This document shows, in pieces, positions 25,075 through 39,300 of a DNA stretch of 64,000 bases (position 1 is the first letter of the stretch; the number at the start of each line of letters is the position of its first letter). Position numbers and translations under genes: made by a program. The notes beneath the pieces are model-generated. The model searched no databases and was not told where the DNA came from. It worked only from the letters and a program-made list of their open reading frames with translations. This stretch comes from Octopus vulgaris (lineage: Eukaryota). Where the stretch lies: NCBI GenBank assembly GCA_951406725.2, contig OX597822.1, forward strand, positions 11,470,001-11,534,000, in the 5' to 3' direction.

Positions 25075-25162
25075 CTCTCTGATGATGGTATACTCAGACT
25101 ATGGAATCCTTACTCAATATGATGATTCACATACTTGTCCATTCTAGAAACTGCTGTAAAAG
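25075..25162 (+). ncRNA. Hammerhead motif with long helix II region, downstream of the PLE ORF
   Basis: CTCT-CTGATGA (25079-25085) ... GAAAC TGCT GTA-AAAG (25147-25162). Confidence 0.5.
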
Positions 25163-25845
25163 ACTCTATATGCTTATATTCTCTATATACATTAAATGTG
25201 CTTTCCAAGCGATGCCAAACGTTTTGCCTTTACCTTTTTGCTTTAATCTACATCTACCTGTTCAAGGAATAAAAAAAAACAATACATACAACCACCTCTC
25301 GTCAGCAGTTTCAACATCACACTTTCAAACCGGAGTTTCAGTGGTAAATCTAACTGAGAAGTCATTGTACATACCTATTACTTTACCGTTGTTGACGAAA
25401 AATCTTTACACACACACACACACACACACACTCACACACACACACACACACCCACAACACAACACAAACACACACATACATACATACATACATACATACA
25501 TACATACATACATACATACATACATACATACATACATTCATACATACATAAAACATACATACATATATATATAAATGCGAAAATGCATGTCCGTGTGTCA
25601 GCGTGGCACACTTTTTCAACTTTACCGCTCCGACCCCTCTCTCACTGTCAATGATTTCTACTTTTTCTCATGCTTTCCCCCTCTCACTATTCAATGACTT
25701 CTCTAATATAATAAAATGAATGTCAATGTGTCAGTGTGTCACACTGTTTGAACTTTAATCCTAGATGCCATAGCCCGACATATCATACCATTTTAGAATC
25801 AGGGCGACTCCGTGAGTAGATTAAAACCATTCCGGACCGAATCCG

Positions 25846-26352
25846 GATATAACTTCCTTTTATCGTCATCAGTATGGCACAAGACAAAGTACATAATTAT
25901 AAACATTTATACAAACCATACGAACACAAACGTATCCCTAATGCTTCCACAAATGTTCATATTTATATACACGGCTTAAATCTAGATCATTCACCCCAGC
26001 CACGTGTGAATGGCCAAAATAATTCAGCAGCGAATGAATTCATTTAAGTGAATTCATATTAGTATAATCAAGGATAAAATCTATATAGGATGTTATCCAT
26101 TAGCTAGCATGTACATTTTATCCTTGATTATAATAATAAATATGAATTCACTGAAATCAATTCATTCGCTGTTGAATTATTTAGGTTATTCACACGTGGC
26201 TGAAGTGAACGATCAAAATTTAAATTGCGTATATAAATATGAACATTTGCAGATGTACTGGGGATACGTTTGTGTTCGTATGGTATGTATAAATGTTTAT
26301 AATTATGTATTTTGTCTTATTCCAAACTGATGACGGTAAAGGAACTTATATC
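25846..26352. repeat. Large imperfect foldback, arms ~235 bp
   Basis: gatataacttccttttatcgtcatcagt...aggataaaat is mirrored by attttatcctt...actgatgacggtaaaggaacttatatc. Confidence 0.88.
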
Positions 26353-27154
26353 TCTGAACTGGAAATCAATTGAGTTATGGCTAAACCTTAAAAAAACCTG
26401 TTTTATTAACCTCCCTCGGTTTCAGCCAGTGTCTATGTGATAACTTAGATTCATTTGACATCTTCTACCATGGTGTATACTGAAGATTTGGTATACACCA
26501 CGTTGCAAAATTATGAGTTGAAAATACGTGGAAAAAAAATAAAAAACTGGAAGAGAAATGCCTTCGTTTCATATAGTTTAATATCTTTTTATAAATATCT
26601 ACATATTATATGGATGTTGTGAAATCCATTTAAGTTAGCTTTTCAAGGGGAATTGTACAGTAATCAATTCTCGTGGCAGACGGGTCTCGTCATTTTGTAT
26701 GTTTGAAAAATAAGAATGAGTCTAGAGAGTGAACCAAGGGAAGCAACAGGTGGCGAGGGGGACAACTGGCTCCTTAAGTATAATTTTTAAAATGGTCAGA
26801 TTTGTATATTGAGGTGTGGTCTGTACTTTTGTATGAACAGGTTTTCCTTGTTTATGCATTCTTGTACTGAGTTTGAATCCTTGCATTGGCATAACGGAAA
26901 GATATGAAATTTCGGCGTTTTATTACTTGCGCATCTGACGATATGTCGGCTCAGTGCTATCTGTCTGTATTAAGGAAAACGAATCTGTTCTTTATGAAAC
27001 GTGACTCTGCGTCTCAAAGTAAGGCTCGTTTGGCCCACATAACCGGTTGGATTTCACAACATCCATATAATATGTATATATTTATAAAAAGATGTTAAAC
27101 TATATGAAACGAAGTCATTTCTCTTTCACTTTATTTTTTTCCAGATATTTTCAA

Positions 27155-27220
<66 letters not shown>

Positions 27221-28464
27221 TGTATATATATATCAAGGTCATTCCGCCCAGCTAGGCAATGTAGGCAGTGCCTACCTAGACATAAAATAGATCAATAGCA
27301 ACATTTCCCTTTTGTGTCAAAATATGCACCTTAAGTCATCAAAATTATGAAGGTTAGTCTCATTACTATGCATAAAATGCTAAATAGTTTATTATTTTGT
27401 ACATTAGGCATAATTCGCTCCTGCTTTTCAATCTCAGTACTTAAGCTACGTATAGTAATGCTGTAGTACACATGTTGTGTACACTCCTACAACACCGTTT
27501 TCTTAACGTGCTATAATGGCAGAAATAAATCTGCCTTCAACTCAGTCGCGCGCGTGTGTTTCGCTTATTTTTTTGCGTGTTTTGTTCTTCAGTTTTTTTC
27601 CTTTTCCAGGAATGGATAGTGACTATCTTAATATCTTTATATATTTTTATCCTTTTATCTACTGACAGATCTATCGCTGATAGTTTGCTGCATGAAGGTC
27701 ACCAACTGTTTACCCAGAGTAATTACTGACCGTAGTATATGTACATACATCCATGTATATGTGTATAAGTATATACATATATGAGCAGCAAATGAGAACA
27801 AAGCCAGCTGAACAAAAGCTTTAGGCCGTCTTTCATACATTGCCCTAAGAACACGAAGGAAGTGCTGAACATACAATATGCTGATTCTTAAATGAATCAG
27901 ACTGGCTTAATTAAAGCTCTCTACCTCAATTCTCTAAAAACAGTGTTCGTTGCGATTGCTTCAGAATGTCAGAACGGATCTGTTTTGGACTTTTTCCCAG
28001 GAAAGATAATTAGAAGGGAATCAAAGCGAAGGGATGTTATTTTCTGTTTTTACTGACTATATAAATAGTTGTGGAAGGTTGAAGCAATCCCTAATAGGGG
28101 CGGTACATGCTGTGGTTGCAGAGAAAATAGAGCACTCACTTCAATATATATCTCTATATTTAAAGAATCTCTCTCTCTCTCTCTCGCTTTCTCTATCTAT
28201 CTCTTTCTCTCCTTCTCTCGCTCTCTTAATATATCTATCTCTGCCTGTGAATTTCTGCGCTGAAATCCCACCGGGTTCAACCCTGCTCTTGTCATTATAT
28301 ACGTATAGATAAACTATATATATTTAAATGAGCCAATGTCGAAAACCCTTTGTGGTCGGTCGAAACACTCGAAAATAATAACCAATTCAATTTCAACAAC
28401 AACAGCCACAGCAAAAAAAAAAGGAAAAAATACAGCTACACTACAGCAGCGAATATATGTGCAG

Positions 28465-28612
28465 AAGTGGCTGTGTGATAAGAAGCTCGTTTCCCAACCA
28501 CATGTTTCATGGTTCTGCGTCGTACCTTGAGCAAGTATCTTCTACTATAGCCTTGGCCTGACCAAAGTCTTGTGAGTGGATTTGGTAGACGGAAACGGAA
28601 AGAAGCCCGTTG

Positions 28613-28690
<78 letters not shown>

Positions 28691-28960
28691 CATACACACA
28701 CACACACACAACACACACACATATATATATATATATGTATGTATATATTTGTGTGAGTGCCTGTCTTTGTCACCCACCATCGCTTGACAACCGATGTTGG
28801 TATGTTTACGTCCCCGTAACGTAACGGTGCGGGAAAAGAGAAAGATAGAATAAGTACTAGGCTTACAAAGAATAAGTCCTGGGGTCGATTTGTTCGACTA
28901 AAGGTGTTGCTTCAGTATGGCCACTCAACTGACAGAAACAAGGAAAAGAATAAAAGAATA
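28465..28960 (+). mobile_element. SINE family A, near full length
   Basis: Head, CORE-like segment, (CA)/(TA) insert, 3' part and aaaagaataaaaga tail. Confidence 0.88.
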
Positions 28961-29164
28961 CACGAGATATAACATCCAGCGAGTGAATTCTATGTTTCAT
29001 CAAACTGTTAGAAATGGCAGTCAATTTCCTCAATGCATATGGTGCGTTTTAGATAGAAAATTACTGAAGGACATTTTATAACGTAATCTTAGGTATGGTG
29101 TGTTGTATAAACGAGTTTGCTGTGGATACGATGTCTTCATTTATCATCTACAGTGATTTGATTC

Positions 29165-29344
29165 AGTACTATATTTAAGAGACGAGGAATTATCTACATT
29201 ATTTATATTATTTACATTTGACGGTTAGTTTCATCTTCTTGTTTGTTGTTAACACAACGTTTCGGCTGATATACCCCCCAGCCTTCATCAGGTGTCTTGG
29301 GGGAAATTTCGAACCTGGGTTCGCATTCCTAAGGTATTTTTCGA

Positions 29345-29345
<1 letters not shown>
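29165..29345 (-). mobile_element. PLE-type terminal repeat (pLTR) carrying a hammerhead
   Basis: Homologous to 53364-53495 and to the reverse complement of 53782-53965. Confidence 0.8.
29251..29296 (-). ncRNA. Minimal type I hammerhead ribozyme with intact core
   Basis: GACAC-CTGATGA-A-GGCTG gggggtatat CAGCC-GAAAC-GTT-GTGTT; 5-bp helix I, 5-bp helix II, palindromic AACGTT helix III. Confidence 0.8.
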
Positions 29346-29413
<68 letters not shown>

Positions 29414-29483
29414 CATTATTGGTATCATCATTATTCTTCTTCTTCTTATTATTATTATTGTTTTTCTTCTTCTTCTTCTTTTT

Positions 29484-29574
<91 letters not shown>

Positions 29575-29577
29575 GTG

Positions 29578-30397
29578 TTATTCAGTAGTTTTATTTTTAT
29601 AACGTGCTTTCACTTCAATACCGAGCGCAGCTCTGTGTGCCTTGGATAAGTGCTGTGATTTGTTGTGATGCTCTGATGGTTACTGTACGGAAAGTGTTCT
29701 GCGTAGGATGTGTGCAGTGCCTAGTAGTGCAAATTTTTGTATGTTATATGTGTTTCTAAGTCCTGGTGTTTTTGTTATGTATTTGTCTGAATATTTTTTT
29801 ATCATGCCTAATGCACCTACTATGATAGGAATTGTTTCTGTTTTTAGATTCCACATTCTGGTTACCTCTATTTCCAGACCTTTGTAGTTTGAACGTTTCT
29901 CCATTTCTTTTAGAGGCACGTTGTCATCTGCTGGTATTGATACATCAATTAGAAAGCATTTTTTTCCTCGTGATCTCTGACAACTCTATCTGGTCTGTTG
30001 GCCTTAATTTCTCTATCTGTGTGTATTGGCATATCCCAGGGTATGGTTGCTTTCTCGTTTTCTGTGACCTTTTCTGGTGTGTGCCTATACCATCTTTTTT
30101 CTGTTGTTATTCCATAGTGTTGGCATAGCTTCCAGTGTATTTTTGTCGTGTCTGTGAATATATTCCTTCTTAGCCAGGACTGGGCAGGCAGAGATAATAT
30201 GATTTATTGTTTCTTGTCCATCTCCACATATTCTGCAGTTACTTGTTATATTTCTTTTCATTACATGTTTTTGGCAATTTCTGGTGGGGAGGATTTGGTC
30301 TTGTGCTGCAATCGAAAATCTCTCTCTCTCTGCTTTGAGTCCTGAGCTTCTCAACCCTGCTGGGATTTTTCTTTGTCTATTTCTTTTGCGTTTAGGT
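29578..30397 (-). mobile_element. 5'-truncated R4/Dong-like LINE
   Basis: NCRICGDGQETINHIISACPVLAKKEYIHRHD, RLE tail and 3' UTR; (TTA)n on both sides. Confidence 0.92.
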
Positions 30398-30402
30398 TTT
30401 AG

Positions 30403-30485
<83 letters not shown>

Positions 30486-30495
30486 GTTATCGTTA

Positions 30496-31111
<616 letters not shown>

Positions 31112-31974
31112 CGTGTTAACAACAAACAAGATGAGGACAAATATCCGTCAAATGTAAATAGTGTAAATAATGAACACTGATTTAAGGCTAAATATAAAAC
31201 CCATTAATGAAATAAACCTCGTTTTGCGCTGGCGTTGACCTGATTCTGTGGTTAAGCTATTCTCTCTTCAAACTGTGTGCTGCTGGTTTCGATCTCAATG
31301 TCAGTATATGTATGCACGTAGTTGGATTTAGTGTAAAACCATATATACTCTTATACGTGAATGAGTGCAAGAATAGACGCAGAGCGCGTCTCTTGAATGA
31401 AATTTAGAATACGGAAATTTAGGATACGGAAATTCTAAGCTTTCGAAAGGACTGTTCTGTCCCTATTTTTGTGCGATAGATTTAATTGCTCATCTGGTTT
31501 AACAGGTTTAACAGCAGCTGCTAACCGTTACATTTCTGAATTGGTTGCAAGCATTCAGGGCACACACACAACTAATCAATTCAGCTATTTTTGTGCCTAA
31601 CAGTGCAATTTTCTTCGCAATCTTGAAAGCCCTTCTTACACCAGACCATTACAGATAAAACAGAATATCGGATAAAAGGTTCAAAAAGTAAAATACACCT
31701 CTGGACGCTCTTACACAGAATTGTTACAGCATCGGAAAAATGCCTTTGTAGTATTTACTTACAAATCCTTACGTTCTGAGTTCAAATCACGTCAGAGTTA
31801 TGTCTGACTTACACTTTTCTGAAATACATAAAATTAATTACTTAAGAAATGGAGCCGAAATAATTAACATCTCCTAAGTTTCTCTCTTCCTCGTAACCAT
31901 TGAGATGCCCTGAAAAGGGCCGAAGGAGCGATCTTTCTATATTAAGGAAATTGTTAAATTAAAAGTATAGACTT

Positions 31975-32290
31975 GCAGGGAAGGAGTGTGGTTAAATGTT
32001 AGAATATTCGGTGCACGACCGTACACCCGTGAATTCGATACCTAGCAGCACGTTCTCTCCTTGAGCAAGACACTTCATTTCACATTGCTACTGTCAACTC
32101 AGCTGGGATAAATAAGTTCTACCTGTATTTCAAAGGGTCAACCTTGTTGCATTCTGTGCCACGTCGAATCTCCCTGAGAACTACGATAAGGGTACGGGTG
32201 TCTGTGGAGTGCTCAGCCAATTGCACTTTAATTTCACGAGCAAGCTGTTCCGTTGATCGGATCAAGAGGAACCCTCATCGTCGTAACTGT
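31975..32290 (+). mobile_element. tRNA-derived SINE, diverged relative of 42005-42380
   Basis: Degenerate head, then tacctgtatttcaaagggtcaacc...gtggagtgctcagcc..cgttgatcggatcaa. Confidence 0.78.
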
Positions 32291-32559
32291 CAGAATAACA
32301 GTTATATAAATACACAAATTTCCTAAAAATTATTGGTTTGGTATCAAGGGAAATAAAGAGAAATAAATGCCATTACCCTATTATGTATAAATTCATGACT
32401 CTCTTTCGATTCTGGACCATAGCGAGTGAACACTCATGTATGCTCCGGAGACATGTCTATCGTGTCATTTAATTTCTTCTGTTGCATGTTTGAAGTTCCT
32501 CTACAATCTTTGAGAATTTCAAACCAGTATGCTGGCTCAGCTTCGTACCTCTTATCATT

Positions 32560-32920
32560 TACTTTTTGCTTGCTTCAGTCATATGACTAAGGCCATGCTG
32601 GAGTACCACCTTGAAGTATTTTTAGTCCCGATGATCAACCCCAGTACTAATCGTTTAAAACCTAGCACCTTATGCTACCTTTTTCGTTTACCGGGGACGT
32701 AAACAAACCAATACCGGTCGTCCGTCAGTACCGGGCGACAAACACACTCACACACACATGCATATTATACGACGGGCTTTTTTCAGTTTCCCTCTAAAAA
32801 TTCTACTCACAAGGTTTTGGTCAGTCCGAGGCTATAGTAGAAACCACTTACCCAAGGTGCCACAGAGTGGGACTAAGCCAGGTAACATGGTTGCGAAACA
32901 ACCTTCTTACCACACACAGG
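32560..32920 (-). mobile_element. SINE family A
   Basis: Reverse complement of the 28465-28960 layout. Confidence 0.75.
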
Positions 32921-33589
32921 TATCATCGTGTATTACTATCATCGTGTATTACTTTGTAGAATCTTTGCAGGTTGTTTTCAAATGCTTGACTTTTGAGTAC
33001 ACCGTTTTCCCATGGTACTACACTTTTTAAATCAATTTTATAAAGCAGGCTTTTAGACAAAGCGTTGGTGTGTTTCCAGCCGTGTTTATTCATTATTTAT
33101 GAAACATTGTTTTCAAATGATGTTTTGGTTAATTTTTTGCAGAGAGTTATCTAACACCATATAGCTATTTTGCTGGCTTCACCAGATAGAGTGTCAACTC
33201 TTCCGAATGTCGATTCAATGTCAATATCTTGTGTTATGTAACGAAAGCTTTTGCGTTTATATCCTGCCTGTCCCATTTGTAGACTGTTATCCATTTTGTT
33301 CACTGTCTATAGCAGCCATTGCTTAATCGACATTGGTTTTTTAGCGAATACTTTTTAATTTACGACCGTTCTTCATCTCATCGGAAGCTTTTCGGATCTG
33401 TTTTAAAACGGAGTCGAATTCCAAGAGAGACAAACTAGATTTTTCGAAAATGGCGAAATATGAAATTGCTGTCAATCAGTCCGTTCAGTAACACAAGTGC
33501 CGGTAGTGTTTACTCTGATGTTAATAAGTATTACCTTGTTAGTAAATAATACGTAAGCAATTAGTTTAATTATTAATGCTATCACAATG

Positions 33590-33800
33590 CCTTGAATTGG
33601 CAGAATTGTTAGCACGCCGGGAAATAATGTTTAGCGGCACTTCGTCCGTCTTCGCGTTTTGAGTTCAAATTCCACCTGGGTCGACTTTGCCGTTTGTCCT
33701 TTCAGATCGATAAAATAAGTACCAGTGGTTACTGGGGGTCGATGTAATCGATTTGAGCCCTCCCCCTAAATTGCTTGTACCGTGCCAAAATTTCAGACCT
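33590..33800 (+). mobile_element. SINE family B monomer
   Basis: tggcagaattgttagcacgccggg...gagttcaaattccacctgggtcgactttgcc. Confidence 0.8.
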
Positions 33801-34142
33801 TTATTAATATTATCACAATAACCCCTATTAACATCTCTGCCTCAATGACTGTTGCTACCGGCAATACCAAACAAATTGAAAACTTATTCTTTATATCTTC
33901 CATATCCGCATTCTTCTATCATCATGTTTTAGTTCGTAGTTAGCTTATGTGAGCCTGATTAAATATCTGTATTTTCTCAATCGTGCTCTTCCTGGTTAAG
34001 GAAAGTTGTAGCTTGATATCCATCTTTCTGCATAATGAGACGAATGGGCGCAGCTTTTTGGACTCTGATGATGTGCCACGGATGATTGAACATTCAGTCT
34101 GTTTTGGATACAGTACAACTTGGAGCTGGAAGCAAACATACA

Positions 34143-34180
<38 letters not shown>

Positions 34181-34312
34181 TGCACACACGCACCCACACA
34201 CAAGCACAGAAGTGATCGTAGAAATAGACACACGGAGACATTACATATATATATATATATGAAAAAGCAAGTCAGGATAGAAAATGCTAAAATAATTTTA
34301 TAAAGAACATTT

Positions 34313-34348
34313 CAGTACCGGTTTCAGTCATTGAGACATTTTCAACTG
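34313..34348 (-). ncRNA. Degenerate hammerhead-like motif
   Basis: CAG-TTGAAAA-T-GTC tcaat GAC-T-GAAAC CG GTA-CTG. Confidence 0.45.
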
Positions 34349-34832
34349 TAACAATTACATAATTAAATTTAGAAAAATTAAAAGGAAAGTTTTTTTAAAA
34401 GAATATTTGTATAGTGTTCAAATATAAGTGGCATTTTCTTTGTTTCTGCCTTTCTCTGTCTCTCTTGTTTACTCTTGTGGGTTCGAGGTGAGGTCGTTGT
34501 GAATTCTTGGTAGGGAAGAAGAAGGAGGAGGAGAAGGAAGAATTTGGGAGTGCTTTGATTGTAGTATTTTGAATGGTCATTGGAGGCTAGCAGTTGCTGT
34601 TCAATTCATGAAAATATTTCTATTGAAAGGTTTGTTTATAGAAATTGCGTAGGTGTTATTCTAAAAAAGCATTAGTGATAAAGTTAGGAAGGAGAAGGAA
34701 GGAGAAGGGGGGGGAAGAAGAAGAAGATGATGATGATGATGATGATGATGATGAAGAAGAAGGAGAAGAAGAAGAAGAAGAAGAAGAAGAAGAAGAAGAT
34801 AAGAAACAAACATTATCTGTAGATAAGAAACA

Positions 34833-34868
<36 letters not shown>

Positions 34869-35652
34869 AACATCTCTAGACGTTCTTACACATAAATCAG
34901 CTAAGTGGGAGAGAGAGAGAACAAAAGTAGCATTAAAATGTCGGATAGCAAATAAGTCAGCTTTGAATCAGTGACTCCAAACAGGTGGTGCTGAAAGAGC
35001 TGTGCCATAACCTCCCATACTCATAGTGGGCGCATCTTCGGCAAATGTCTTTTAGTAAAATCTCGAGTTCACTCATGCATTGAGAGTGAAATTGGACAGA
35101 TGTGAAATATCTAATGGCCGGTCTGATATTATACCGATGAAGCTAAATAACTCTGAAAAGGGCTTTTGTGCGTTCCCAGAGAATATTACCCTCAGCAGGG
35201 CTAGTGTCGGTATATTCGTGAATAAGTCACTAACCGGAATAAGTGGATCTATTGTTCAAGAAAATACTATTTGCTTGTTTAAGGGTTGTACTGGATAAAC
35301 TGCGAAAATAACTAACATTTCAAATACTCAGAAATAAGCATACTTAATTTGATTTATAAAAATGATTTAGGAAAATGAATGGGTTATTTCCCTTGGTTGA
35401 TAAAATCTGGGCGAATGGGTTATTTCCCTTGATTGCTAAAATGAAATGTATTATATATAAAGATCTCTCCCAAGGGCTTTATTATCATTTTTCAAGAATC
35501 TACGTATGCCATAACGTTTGCAGACGTGAGTTCTACTCATGTGTCAAGTTTCATTAAAATCGATAAAATGATGTAGGAGGCGTTAGCTAACAACTCCACA
35601 AACACACCCACAGACAGAATTTCCCACATATGCTGTAGAAAAGAAACAAACA

Positions 35653-35706
<54 letters not shown>

Positions 35707-36022
35707 TATATAGATATATGTTTGTGTTTGTTTTGATTTTGTGTTTGAACCCTTCCAGCAGTTAACAATCAGTATTGGCTTGATTGCGTTCCCGTAAATT
35801 AGTGGTTCGCAAAAAAGACCGACAAAATAAGTAGCGTACTTAATAAATAAGGTTTGGAGGGGATTTCTTCGACTAAAATCTCTTAAAGTTAGTGCTCCAG
35901 CATGACTTAAATCCAATGTCTGAAATATATAAAAGGTAAGAAAATAGATTAAGCAATTTGTAGGGGAAGAAATATCGATTATATTGATCCCTGGAACTGT
36001 TTATTGAATATTTTATTGCATG

Positions 36023-36400
36023 AAGGCGGTGAGGTGGCAGAAACGTTAGCTTAGCGGTATTTCGTCTGCCGTTACGTTGTGAGTTCAAATTCCGCCGAGG
36101 TAGTCTTTGCCTTTCATCCTTTCGGGGTCGATAAATTAAGTACCAGTTACACACTGGGGTCGATGTAATCGATTTAATCCCTTTGTCTGTCCTTGTTTGT
36201 CCACTCTATGTTTAGCCCATTGTGGGTAGTAAAGAAATAGGTATTTCGTCTGTCTTTATGTTCTGAGTTCAAATTCCGCCGAGGTCGACTTTACCTTTCA
36301 TCCCTTCGAATAAACTAAGTAGCAGTTGCGTACTGGAGTCGAACTAATCGACTGGCCCCATCCCCATAAATTTCGGGTTTTGTGCCTAGAGTAGAAAATA
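36023..36400 (+). mobile_element. Dimeric SINE family B
   Basis: aggcggtgaggtggcagaaacgttagc head; two internal units; ends gtgcctagagtagaaaa. Confidence 0.88.
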
Positions 36401-38459
36401 ATATTTTATTGCATGATCAAAGGGGGGTGAAGTGTAGATTTTACCTCGGTTTGAGATGAAATCAGAATGTAAGGAACTGATAGTAAACAGCACAAGGTAT
36501 CCTGTCTGGCGCTCCAACGATTCTGCTAATCCGGCATTACAAGACAACCATCGTCTTTTTTTTATCCGACATTCTATTGTATCTATAATCCTCTGTTGTA
36601 AGAATGTCTTACGAGATTGTGTAGAAAACTGTACAAGAGAAGACAATTATCCACACATAAATCTGAATTGATTATCTGTGTGTGTGTGTGTGTGGGTGTG
36701 TAGATGTTTGTGCATATGCATGTGTATATTGGTGTATGCCAGAGTGAAAATGGGGATGTTTGTGCATGTATGTGTAAGTTAAACGGTGTGTGTTTGTGTC
36801 TGCGTAGCAGTAAAGATGTATTCAATTATGAAAGACTAAACATGTGAGCGATTGAATGTGTGTGAGTGCATGTGTATGCGTGCATGTGTGTGTAAGTAAA
36901 GCTCTGTGTGTGTGTGCTGGCAAGTGAATGTATGTTATAATCAATGAGTGTGTATTTAAATGTGAGTGACTAAGTGTATGTGTGTGCTAGATGCACGATT
37001 CATAGTGTGTCTGTGTTTGTGTGGATATATCTGTGTGGGTGTGAGAGAATTTGTATGTATTTGAGTGTGTTATTGTCAGTGCGAGCGTGTGTGTGTGTGT
37101 GTGACTATCTGTCTATAAAACAGTATGTGTAGGTGTGTAAGTTTGTGTGTGCGTCTGTGAGTATGTATGTGTGTTTGCATGTTAGTATGTGCACAAGAGT
37201 GTTTGAGGGAGTACGTATACATGATTGCGTGTGTGTGAGAATGCGTATAGTGTGAGAGTGTGTGTGTGTGTCTGTAAGTGGGAAAGAGAAAGAGAGAGAG
37301 TGTGTGTAAGTGAGAAAGAGTGAGAGAATATGTGCACAAGTTAAGAGTGCATATTTAAAGCAGTGTGTTAGCATATATGTGTATATATGTGTGTGTTTGT
37401 ATAAGAGTATCTTTACATGAGTGTGTGAAAAAGTTTGTGTATAATAGTGTGAGTGAGAACGTGTACATATAGGTGAGAGAGAGAGAGAGAGAGAGAGAGT
37501 AATTGTTTAGGTGTGTGTATGAAGTTGTGTACGGGTTTGTGAATGAGTGCGGGTTTGTGGATATGTACATGTGTGTGTGCGTGTGAGAGAGAGAGAGGGG
37601 GGAGTGTGTGTGTGTGTAGAAGAGTGAGTGCAAGCGTTTGATTACGTTTGTGAGTAGGTGCGAGTATGTGGATGTGCGTAAGTCTAAGTCTGTATGTGTA
37701 TGCGAGTGAGTACGTGTGATAATGAAAGCTAATTCGCTTGTGTGCGTTTCTCTAGACATGTGTGTGTGTGCATGTGTGTCGGTTACAGATTTGAAAACCG
37801 GAAAGTAAAAAAAAAAAAAAAAACAGAAGCAAAATGTTAAACATATAAAAGATAAATAAATAAATAAATCCATTACAATGTAGTTTACAAACCGAACCAT
37901 TAAGAGCATCGATAAACACAGTTGCTACATCATTTAATGACAAGATTAAATATCCCGGCTTTAACAAACATGTTGTGTGCTTTTCCCGGAACGTTCTTAA
38001 ACGGCTTAACACAGTTTCGCTAGTCAACAGAACTTTCACTGTCATTTTATCAGAGTCTGGCATTCAGCTGGACATAGCAAACGTATTGTACATTTAGCCG
38101 AATACCGACAGCATCCCTACGCGTATACACATATTGAAACACAGAAACGCACACACACATATACACATATACATATATGTGAACAAGCATAGACATACAT
38201 GCATACATACTTACAACATCGTAAGTATTTTTCCCCGGTCATATTTTAATCTATAATGACCTGATATGTTCATTCATATGCTGTCTTATCTATTTCGCGA
38301 GTAATCAAATAGGTGTGACAAATATTAGAATCTCAGTCACTGAGGAGAAAATGCAAAACCGAAACGTATGCAGTGTTGCCTCTACCGTACAGTTGGAAAT
38401 AAGGATTCGTTGCTTCTTCCTCTTTGATAACGGAATATCTTTTACCTTATTCAATCTTA

Positions 38460-38845
38460 TACCTTCTTTCAATCATTGGACTGTTGTCATGCAGAGTCGC
38501 CGACTTGAACGGTTATAGTAATGCACTCACAAGTACTTAATTTTTTAACGCTTGGCATTTATTGACGAACCGCTAAGTTACGGGGACGTAAATAAACCAA
38601 TACCGGTTGACAAGCGGTGGTGAGGGACAAAGACAAAGACACACACACACACACACTTGCACATATACATACTCATGCAAACACACACACACACAAACAC
38701 ATATAAATACAACAGTTTCCGTCTACCAAATCCACTCACAAAGCTTATGTCAGCGTAGAAGATAATTGGTCAAGTTAACACATAGTGGGACTGAACCCAC
38801 AACCATGTGACTGGGAAGTGAACTGCTTATCACACAACTACGCCT
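38460..38845 (-). mobile_element. SINE family A
   Basis: accgctaagttacggggacgtaaa...ccgtctaccaaatccactcacaaagc...gtgggactgaaccc. Confidence 0.8.
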
Positions 38846-39252
38846 GAAGCTATCTCTCTCTCTCTCTATCTCTATCTATCTGTCTGTCTATGTATGCATG
38901 TATGTATGTATGTATGTATATAACTATTTATCTATCTATCTATCTATCTATCTATCACTCTCTCCCTATCTATCTATAAACACTTAATTCTAGGATGTTA
39001 TATTCTCATTAGGGATTATATAATCCAGGGTATTCCACTGGTAAATCCCTATGATACAATGCGAAATTCACTGGTATATGTTAGGGATTATTGAAATTAT
39101 AAATTATCAATATTGAAGGTAAAGAAGAAAATGGAGAGAAAAATGGATATATGAATAATTTATTTATCTGTTATAAAATGATGGAAATTTCTTTTAAAAA
39201 CATAACAATACAAAGAAATTGATTATAAGTTGTAACGCTAAAAAAATAAAGG

Positions 39253-39300
39253 AACCTACATATATGTTTCAGTCCTATCACCTCGTTGATCAGAATTTCT
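39253..39300 (-). ncRNA. Hammerhead-like motif with an insertion in the core
   Basis: CTGATCAACGA-GGT gatagg ACT-GAAAC ATATAT GTA-GG; palindromic ACATATATGT. Confidence 0.4.

Noticed and set aside
27230-28130. Possible hAT-like 5' end and transposase remnant
   Set aside because: A short GC-rich subterminal palindrome is present, but I found no matching second TIR or convincing protein motif.
34950-35300. Unique-looking, higher-complexity segments as candidate host exons (also 31330-31720, 33000-33500, 53070-53230)
   Set aside because: No recognisable protein motif or supported splice structure; needs RNA-seq or BLAST.
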